A stretch of 64,000 bases of DNA from a virus, in the IMG/VR virus record IMGVR_UViG_3300029985_000017, positions 64,001-128,000 of that record; one strand, written 5' to 3'. Below are positions 57,271 to 64,000 of the stretch, piece by piece. Under the pieces are notes generated by a model. The model had not been told where the DNA came from, ran no database searches, and was given only the letters and a program-made list of their open reading frames with translations. Both the position numbers and the translations under genes were made by a program. The stretch's first letter is position 1. Each line of letters begins with the position of its first letter.

Positions 57271-59228
57271 AAGTTCCCACTATTGTTAGTGTTTGTAGGA
57301 TTAGGTTGATTTGGGAATATACCGGTTTGTTTTGGTTGTGGCATCATAGTATTTGGTTGAGTAAGAGGATTGTTGGTATCATCAATACTAGGGGTACGAT
57401 AAGGTACATTCTGACTTTCCGAAACGCCAGGCAAGATTTGGTCTATCTTATAGTCCCAAGCTCTTTCTGCGTAAGCATTTGTGTAGTCCATTTCTGGATA
57501 TATAACACCGTACTGAGAGCTGCTGCGAACAGAAAGTCCATTAGAAACACTTATAATAGTTCTAAAACTTTTAACACCATTACTTGGGCTTATAGAACAT
57601 TGATGAACTATTTGTTCTATATGATAAACAACGCCTTCAAATTCAAAATTGTCGCCAATGGCGATTGGATCAGGTATTCCAGCACATACGAAGGTGCCAT
57701 TGAGCTTTAGGTGCCCTCCAATTAAAGCGTCGGCATGGATCCTAGCCCAAATAGGGCTGTTAAAGGCCGTTCTAGATACAGCGCCGTAAATGTCGAACAT
57801 GCTGGAACTTACAGCAGGTCTAAGTCCGCTTCTTTGAATGTCATTTGCGTCATATTGATAATTATGATTAGCACTTTCTAAGGTATAATCCGATCCAAGT
57901 GCCCCTCCCTGAAGAAGTCTAGCAAAAACTTGAACATAATTGATTCTTAAGGCTTCGTCTCTACCAATATCCTGTGAAATTACCAAGGCGGGTGAAACTT
58001 TCCATCTTGGCAAGTTCATAAATTTAGTTGTAGAAACACCACTTACTGCAGTTCCATTATTTGCTTCAAAATCTTCATTCGTAAATGGTATTTGTCTTAA
58101 AACTACAGTGGGAATAATAGTACCATCATCTGGATCTGCTCTAAAACAAGTAAAAAATTCATTTAAAGGTTTATTTACATATTGATTTAAAATATCCCAG
58201 GCTTTTACCTGATTCCAATATTCAGGGGATAAAATAGCTCTACCGGCAACAGGAATGGGCGTGTAATAAAATCCATCTGAAGACAAACCATCAGACATGG
58301 TTGGATTTAACCCTACTTTGGGACTTACATTAGAACTGGTATTATTGTATTGTTGAAGTCCAAACCAATAATTATATAAATCTGCTGCAGTTGTAACTAC
58401 ACCTGGGTCATAACCGAGTAATTGTCCAACGATTCCGGGCATAAAAAATTGATCGTTAGGTGTCTGAAAGGCTTGCCCAGTAATATTATTACCGGCTGCT
58501 CTAGGCGAACTTGAACCAATAAAAGTGGTTATTAAAGTTTTGATTAAATCTTGAAGACTTTGGTTTTTATTAGCACTAACAAGTTGCTGCCATTTAGTAT
58601 TAATTTGGGATGCAAAAATTAAAGCTCCACCACTATTCTGCAAGGCAACTGATGGATCAAAATAAAGCATGTTATTGAATTCAGTAAAAGCATATCCTGT
58701 AATTTTAAATATAACGCCTTTTTTACCAGTCTCTTGATCTATTACGGCTACAGTTCTTCTAACTGACTGTACCTTAAAAAGACCTTTAAACCCATCATTA
58801 AAGTTATTTATGGCTCCTACTTTACCACCGGTCACTCTAGAATAAAGCGTATCTACTTGAGAATCCCAATTAAGCATATTAACTAATACGAAATCTCCGG
58901 GAGCTATTGCAGTAAGATAATTAACATCGGTTTGAACTAAAGTCGCTTCCATGCTAGGGGTAAAGGAATTTTTATTGCTGCTAACAGAAACACTTATACA
59001 ATCATTGATTACTACTAGAGGATCTAGCGTGGCTTTTAATGCAGCTAAGGCTCCTGCGTTTTTAGCAGGGTTATCATTTATTGTTTCATCAATCCTATAA
59101 GTATCTCTATATTTCCACCTTACAAAAGTAAGCATCCAAGATGGACTAGTAATATTAACGAAATGGTTCTCATTTTGTCCAGATCCCTTTGGGTTTATAT
59201 AATAAGTATAAGCTTTAGAATCCGACAT
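57267..59228 (-). CDS. Baseplate hub protein (gp27/gpD-like)
   Basis: Located between the tape measure and spike genes. C-terminal G.PDIAIGD...YHIEQIVH pattern. Confidence 0.65.
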   Translation of the reverse strand: MSDSKAYTYYINPKGSGQNENHFVNITSPSWMLTFVRWKYRDTYRIDETINDNPAKNAGALAALKATLDPLVVINDCISVSVSSNKNSFTPSMEATLVQTDVNYLTAIAPGDFVLVNMLNWDSQVDTLYSRVTGGKVGAINNFNDGFKGLFKVQSVRRTVAVIDQETGKKGVIFKITGYAFTEFNNMLYFDPSVALQNSGGALIFASQINTKWQQLVSANKNQSLQDLIKTLITTFIGSSSPRAAGNNITGQAFQTPNDQFFMPGIVGQLLGYDPGVVTTAADLYNYWFGLQQYNNTSSNVSPKVGLNPTMSDGLSSDGFYYTPIPVAGRAILSPEYWNQVKAWDILNQYVNKPLNEFFTCFRADPDDGTIIPTVVLRQIPFTNEDFEANNGTAVSGVSTTKFMNLPRWKVSPALVISQDIGRDEALRINYVQVFARLLQGGALGSDYTLESANHNYQYDANDIQRSGLRPAVSSSMFDIYGAVSRTAFNSPIWARIHADALIGGHLKLNGTFVCAGIPDPIAIGDNFEFEGVVYHIEQIVHQCSISPSNGVKSFRTIISVSNGLSVRSSSQYGVIYPEMDYTNAYAERAWDYKIDQILPGVSESQNVPYRTPSIDDTNNPLTQPNTMMPQPKQTGIFPNQPNPTNTNNSGNL

Positions 59229-61477
59229 TATTGGGCAATACCCGCTTGCTGCTGTTTATTCTGTGCATTCTTTTTAGCCGCATCCAGGGCATCTTTAGCT
59301 CTCCAGGCATCGTCCAGGTTACTAGATCCGGGATTTCTAGTCATTGCATCGTATTTTGCTTGTGCGGTATTTACGTCGCCCTGAGCTTTTTGCAGTCCAG
59401 GCATATCTGCATGCAACATCTTTGCCGCTTCTAAGGCATCCTTAGCAAACTGATTAATGCTATCGCTTAGGGTTGAAAGTGAATTTTGGGCATTTAGAGA
59501 AGATGCTTGAATCATTTTGTCACCAGCCAAACCGGTTTGGCCTTCCATTTTCTTTTCATTCTGGCCAAACAATTCCTTTATTTTGGCATCTCTTTCAGAA
59601 CCTTCCGGCATATTTAATATTTGAGCATAAGACTTTGTTTCAGCAGCACCCATACCAGGATTTAAAGTACCTATCATGCCCCTTACATCATAGCCAGTGC
59701 CACTACGACCACCCATAGCAGTCTTCATATTATCTATTGAGCGCCCTCTCAATTTTTTAGCCAATTCTGGGCCACTTAATCCTATTTTCTTTGCAGAATT
59801 TATAAAACCCTCATCGGTTTCATCAATTTCATTGGGTTTTAATTTTAACAATGCTTGAAGTTCTGCCGGATCCTTTATTTGGGATAAATCTTTATCCTGC
59901 ATAGCAGAAGAAATATTGATTCCGCCTAAATATCCAGAGGTTTCGGTTGCATTAGACTGAAAAGCTTCAAAAGCTGATTTTCCAGCTTCAATATTTCTAG
60001 TAGTAGGAGCACCGCCAATAGCCGCTTTCATTAGATCTGCGATATTAGAGGCTGATTCTGTAGAAGTAGAACCCCCTTTAAAAATTTGTTCCGTGACACC
60101 CTGGAGAAATTTTCTGTTTTCTTCAGCATATTTAGAGTTATCAAAACCACGAGAAAAGATGTCAATTAAAGTTTTTCTGCTGGTTTCAGGAATGCTTTGT
60201 GTACCGCTGATCTGCCCTAAAAGTTGGTTTGCATTTGTTAATCCAAGGCCCCTTTCGGCCTTAAGGGCCATACTGGATTGTCCTGCCATAGCGGTAGATC
60301 CACCGGCACCTAAGATGCCTTGGGATGCTCCTACAACTTGTTGGTCGGTAAAATTACCGCCCATTTGACCCTGTAGATATCCTCCTTTAGAAAAATAATG
60401 GAGATCATTCATTCCCAAGGTCCTTTGCATTCCTATATCTCTTTGGGAAGTATCTCTGAGTCTATCAATAGAGGCCTTTCTAAGGGGATCCATTTCATGA
60501 GCACTGTCTAACATTGTTGAAAAATCTTGAGTATATTGTTGTGCTTGATAGGCTCCGTATTTTCCTCTGTCTAGTACACCATGGCTAGTGGCTAATGCCC
60601 CAACACCTGCAGCACCTACTACTCCCAATCCAGCGGCCATAGAAAGGCCTCCAGTAGGTATGGCTAAAAGTGCTCCAGCAGCAACAGCAGCCCCTGCACC
60701 TATTTTAACCCAATCAGAAACTTCGCCTTCTTTTTTTGCTTTAGTTGCAGCATCAGCCGCTTTTTTTCTATCGCCACCAAACATGCTTTGATAGGTATAT
60801 TCACCACTACGACTTTCGGAAAACTGTCTCCCAGTTAAACCGGCAACAGCAGATCCTTGCATGCTAGCGATTTCAATAGGTCTTCTAGCCATATACTCTA
60901 CAGCTTGGGCTACAACGCCTGCAATGGCTCCTGCACTAGTAGCAGTCATACCGGCCTTTTCCATGCCGCTCATGCCTCCCCAGGCTTGCTGGAGGCCACC
61001 CATACCACCCATCTTAAACTCTCTTTCCATGGTTTGGAGGAGTTCCTTATAGGTCCTAGTTCTTTTTTCGGTAGCTACCGTGAGCATACCTTCATTCTTA
61101 AGTTTCTTATCGCTCCATTCACCTATGACCTTTTCGGTATCTTTTATATCCTTACCGGCCTTAAGTTGAGCTTCTTTAAACTTGTTTAAGCGTTCTTCAT
61201 TCTTAAGAATTTTTTCTTGATTTTTAATTAAATCTGCGACGTAAGTCTTTTGTTCAGTTTCGGTCTTCTTTCTCTCTCTTACAACTTTTTCGTAATCAGG
61301 AGAACCGGGCAAGCCGCCATAGCCCATAGATTTAAGTCTTTGATCTAATTGCATTTGCATTTGACCTTGACCTGGCGCTTGATTAAGCTGTTTAAGCTTG
61401 TCCATAGCCGCTTTGATGCCTTGCTGAAAATTCCTATCATCAAAATCTAAACTTATCTTGAGCTTTTTTTCAGACAT
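59228..61477 (-). CDS. Tape measure protein
   Basis: Helical Ala/Gly/Met-rich protein with a hydrophobic segment, first gene of the baseplate operon. Confidence 0.75.
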   Translation of the reverse strand: MSEKKLKISLDFDDRNFQQGIKAAMDKLKQLNQAPGQGQMQMQLDQRLKSMGYGGLPGSPDYEKVVRERKKTETEQKTYVADLIKNQEKILKNEERLNKFKEAQLKAGKDIKDTEKVIGEWSDKKLKNEGMLTVATEKRTRTYKELLQTMEREFKMGGMGGLQQAWGGMSGMEKAGMTATSAGAIAGVVAQAVEYMARRPIEIASMQGSAVAGLTGRQFSESRSGEYTYQSMFGGDRKKAADAATKAKKEGEVSDWVKIGAGAAVAAGALLAIPTGGLSMAAGLGVVGAAGVGALATSHGVLDRGKYGAYQAQQYTQDFSTMLDSAHEMDPLRKASIDRLRDTSQRDIGMQRTLGMNDLHYFSKGGYLQGQMGGNFTDQQVVGASQGILGAGGSTAMAGQSSMALKAERGLGLTNANQLLGQISGTQSIPETSRKTLIDIFSRGFDNSKYAEENRKFLQGVTEQIFKGGSTSTESASNIADLMKAAIGGAPTTRNIEAGKSAFEAFQSNATETSGYLGGINISSAMQDKDLSQIKDPAELQALLKLKPNEIDETDEGFINSAKKIGLSGPELAKKLRGRSIDNMKTAMGGRSGTGYDVRGMIGTLNPGMGAAETKSYAQILNMPEGSERDAKIKELFGQNEKKMEGQTGLAGDKMIQASSLNAQNSLSTLSDSINQFAKDALEAAKMLHADMPGLQKAQGDVNTAQAKYDAMTRNPGSSNLDDAWRAKDALDAAKKNAQNKQQQAGIAQ

Positions 61478-61510
61478 TACAATACCTTATGAATTTGAGC
61501 GTTTAAACGC

Positions 61511-61569
61511 AAAAAAGCGTATAGATTAAAGATTCCAGTTTTTGCTGGATATCTAGAACCTATACGCTT
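61511..61569 (-). terminator. Long hairpin plus U6 terminator containing an AATCTTTA motif
   Basis: AAGCGTATAG/CTATACGCTT outer stem and TCCAG/CTGGA inner stem, followed by TTTTTT on the - strand. Confidence 0.65.
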
Positions 61570-61610
61570 CCTATATCATAGGATATGAATATCTTAGATA
61601 AAACGAGGAC

Positions 61611-61814
61611 TTAGCGCAAACGATTGCGTTCCCTCAATTGAATGAGTTGAGTTTCCAAGTTCTTGAAACTAGTACGAAAGTCATCCAAAGTCTTATTGGT
61701 CTGTTCAATATGGGCATTTAATTTAACCACAAGATCATCAAAAATTCTAGGAGCTGATGCATGAGTAGTTACATAGCCAATAACTGGGGGATCCACTTTC
61801 TTCTTCTTAGCCAT
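61611..61814 (-). CDS. Hypothetical coiled-coil protein
   Basis: ORF overlapping the Fis-like gene. Confidence 0.6.
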   Translation of the reverse strand: MAKKKKVDPPVIGYVTTHASAPRIFDDLVVKLNAHIEQTNKTLDDFRTSFKNLETQLIQLRERNRLR

Positions 61815-62061
61815 TCTGTTCACCATCTTTTTCGTTTTTTATGGATTCAATATTAACACTATAGGCCTTTTCGATTTTCTTATAGACGGTAAGATTACAA
61901 ACACCTAAAATCTTAGCAGCTTTAGATTTATTCCCTTTAGTCATTTTAAGAACTTTAAATAGATAAAGTCTTTCCACTTCTTCTAGAGTGGGCCAATTTG
62001 TAATATCTATATATTCTCCATGTCCTTCGCTGCCTTCGGCTTCGATTTCCGTTTCTCCCAT
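61807..62061 (-). CDS. Fis-family HTH protein
   Basis: TLEEVERLYLFKVLKMTKGNKSKAAKILGV...TVYKKI. GGAGA RBS. Confidence 0.85.
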   Translation of the reverse strand: MGETEIEAEGSEGHGEYIDITNWPTLEEVERLYLFKVLKMTKGNKSKAAKILGVCNLTVYKKIEKAYSVNIESIKNEKDGEQNG

Positions 62062-62074
62062 ATGAATCTCCCTA

Positions 62075-63109
62075 TTAAAATTCAAGGCTGTTGTCGTTTC
62101 GTACATAACCTTGTTTTGTCCTAGCGATAGCGTAAATCTTTTCTTCAAAACTATTGAAATCTTTCGAACCCAAAGCATTAATAGCATCTTTGATCAATTG
62201 GCCATCTTTAACCATCAAAGCCCTGCCCAAATTATCGGATTTAATCTTAGTTACTTCACCTTCAACTAACTTATTCCATACTAGATAAGTAAAAAGATAT
62301 CCACTTGAAATGAATTTAGAAGCCCTATCGTTTAGAATAGCATTTGCTCTAGAACCTTTATTGGAATCTCCTTCTTTAATAACATATTTCAATACATCCA
62401 AGGCATAATTCATTGCTTCTACAAATTGTGCTTTTTTTGTATAACCCAACTTAAGAGTAAACTTACTATCGCCTGTGGGAATCTTGGAAAGTTGCTTCAC
62501 TTTTTGTGCAATATTACCAGACAATACTTTTTCTACTGAAAAGTCATTATAATCATGAAAAGTCATACAATAAAGAATCGAAGCGATTTGCTTATATTGT
62601 TTAACAGTAATAAGTTTAACTCCAAAATAAAGGGAAGTATCAACAAGTCCAATACAATCCCTAATCAAACTTGCGAAAGCCAAGTCAGGATTGATTAGAA
62701 GATCCTTAATCTTAAGCCCAACAGCGCTGCCTTCAGCAAGATAAATAGAAAGAGCTTCTTGTGTTGGAAACACGTATAGAGTCGCATTGCAACTTCCATC
62801 AGTTCCAAGTCCTCCATCCCTTTTATGAACCAAATTTAGAGCGGCCATACGATGGTGACCACCACGTCGTTCTAGTGTATATCCACCATTTCTTTTTACG
62901 GGTACAGCTAGAATAACACCAAAATGGTCTGGATTAAAGTTATCTGCATACGACTGTACTCTATTTTCATCAAGAGCCCTATTGTTATTATAGGCAACCA
63001 TATCTTTTACTACAAATTCTGCATCCCACAATTGGTCTAGGGTTGCGGTATAAGAAGTACCATTTCGGCCTACTTGTCCATTGCTTTTAAATCTTTTCAA
63101 GATATCCAT
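62075..63109 (-). CDS. ParB/Srx N-terminal domain protein
   Basis: NR.LD..RV...F.P...GVI...GGHHRMAAL, a GxxR motif. AAGGAG RBS before the ATG at 63109. Confidence 0.7.
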   Translation of the reverse strand: MDILKRFKSNGQVGRNGTSYTATLDQLWDAEFVVKDMVAYNNNRALDENRVQSYADNFNPDHFGVILAVPVKRNGGYTLERRGGHHRMAALNLVHKRDGGLGTDGSCNATLYVFPTQEALSIYLAEGSAVGLKIKDLLINPDLAFASLIRDCIGLVDTSLYFGVKLITVKQYKQIASILYCMTFHDYNDFSVEKVLSGNIAQKVKQLSKIPTGDSKFTLKLGYTKKAQFVEAMNYALDVLKYVIKEGDSNKGSRANAILNDRASKFISSGYLFTYLVWNKLVEGEVTKIKSDNLGRALMVKDGQLIKDAINALGSKDFNSFEEKIYAIARTKQGYVRNDNSLEF

Positions 63110-63110
63110 A

Positions 63111-63254
63111 TTATTCTCCTTGAGTCTCGGTCGTAGCAGTCTTAGGCTTATTCTTAGAGCCCTTTGGTCGTCCTCGGCCACGCTTTACAGCGGGAGCAGC
63201 ATTAACAGTCGTTGAGGTCGTAGTGGTAACAGAATCAGTATTAGTAGTAGTCAT
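63111..63254 (-). CDS. 47-aa AT-hook protein (not in the ORF track)
   Basis: MTTTNTDSVTTTTSTTVNAAPAVKRGRGRPKGSKNKPKTATTETQGE*. It has an AAGGAG RBS and a promoter directly upstream. Confidence 0.8.
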   Translation of the reverse strand: MTTTNTDSVTTTTSTTVNAAPAVKRGRGRPKGSKNKPKTATTETQGE

Positions 63255-63277
63255 ATTTATCTCCTTGTTTAATTAAA

Positions 63278-63306
63278 AGTCTAACCGGTTTATTTACAAA
63301 AGTCAA
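63278..63306 (-). promoter_or_regulatory. sigma70-type promoter
   Basis: TTGACT-17-TAGACT on the - strand. Confidence 0.75.
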
Positions 63307-63309
63307 GCT

Positions 63310-63495
63310 TTATTTTTGTAAATTCTTTATTTTATTTCTTAAGGTCTCTGCTTGATTTTTAAAAAATTGATCAAGAGTAGAATCATCATTTTTGATGTTT
63401 CTAACTGTATATTTAATAAGAGTATTTAGGAATTCAATTTGAGGATTCATGGATTTTTTCTTTGTCTTAATTTTTTTAGTCTTCTTTTTGGCCAC
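63310..63495 (-). CDS. Small basic hypothetical protein
   Basis: GTG start after GGTG, Lys-rich N-terminus. Confidence 0.55.
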   Translation of the reverse strand: MAKKKTKKIKTKKKSMNPQIEFLNTLIKYTVRNIKNDDSTLDQFFKNQAETLRNKIKNLQK

Positions 63496-63509
63496 ACATC
63501 ACCGTTTCT

Positions 63510-64000
63510 TTAAAATGGAAATTTAATACCTAAGCCCATGAAATCTTTGCCTTGGTTTGGCATTTCTAAACCAGCACTAGAAAAATGATTGTATGTAATT
63601 CCAATACTGTCGTGTTGTTTGTCCACAATACCAAAAAAGATGGTCTCATTGAACTGAAATGGACCTCCAAGAGCAGAATCTGGAGTTGATATTAGGGTAG
63701 GGCCACTAAAAATACTTGCTTGAACTACGTCATTTGTGACTTCAAAGCCCAATTGATACCCTGCAAATGTACTATTATGTCTACCATCACCCCTAGCATC
63801 TAACCATGCACCGCCGTTAAGTCTTTGCTTTAGTGTATACCAAAGATCCTCCTGAATACCCATTTCAAGCATTTTCACTTGAGAAATGCTATGTCCCTCA
63901 GTACTAAATACTCCCAATCCAGAATTAATTAAAAACTTGTCATCTTCAGCTTTAGCATAATTAGTCGCAAATATAATTAAAGCAATTGCCAACCAACTCA
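63510..64000 (-). CDS. pagL: PagL-like lipid A 3-O-deacylase / acyloxyacyl hydrolase beta-barrel (start at or beyond the window edge)
   Basis: Signal peptide, LGGPFQF, HFSSAGLEMPNQG (PagL HxSNAG..PNxG motif) and a terminal Phe. Confidence 0.7.
   Translation of the reverse strand, partial: SWLAIALIIFATNYAKAEDDKFLINSGLGVFSTEGHSISQVKMLEMGIQEDLWYTLKQRLNGGAWLDARGDGRHNSTFAGYQLGFEVTNDVVQASIFSGPTLISTPDSALGGPFQFNETIFFGIVDKQHDSIGITYNHFSSAGLEMPNQGKDFMGLGIKFPF

Noticed and set aside
94-61189. Many short antisense or out-of-frame ORFs in the track (e.g. 94-459, 3485-3904, 16502-16903, 36239-36580)
   Set aside because: They are shadows of well-supported genes and show no RBS or recognisable motifs.
1-64000. 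Stop-codon reassignment
   Set aside because: Long genes are intact in code 11, and TAA, TAG and TGA all end genes at tight junctions.

Overview
This window is part of a large, AT-rich dsDNA tailed phage genome with a contractile-tail (myovirus-type) baseplate, read in the standard bacterial code. Bases 1-25.5 kb (+ strand) hold a replication, recombination and accessory region: SbcC/gp46-like ATPase, RuvC-like resolvase, RNase H, DnaQ-like exonuclease, DnaE polymerase, gp32-like SSB, RecA/UvsX, a sigma-like protein, DnaB-like helicase, AEP-type primase, CYTH protein, aminotransferase, and exported ClpP-like and S8 proteases. Bases 25.5-61.5 kb (mostly - strand) hold the tail module: tape measure, hub, spike, baseplate wedge proteins, a tube-like protein and a family of modular fibre/decoration proteins. 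That module is interrupted by free-standing homing endonucleases and two + strand islands. The right end carries an early operon of DNA-binding proteins (an unannotated 47-aa AT-hook protein, a ParB-like protein and a Fis-like protein) and a PagL-like lipid A deacylase, which points to a Gram-negative host. The most notable signals read directly from the sequence are: (1) sigma70 promoters placed to make leaderless mRNAs; (2) a recurrent TGATATA / AATCTTTA motif pair upstream of structural genes; (3) a GC-rich ~95-nt RNA element with two mutually exclusive folds after the SSB gene; (4) nucleotide-identical patches shared between fibre paralogues; (5) a dispersed set of envelope-targeted enzymes. 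No CRISPR array, tRNA, integrase, reverse transcriptase or intein was seen. Functional calls rest on motif recognition by eye, not on database searches.
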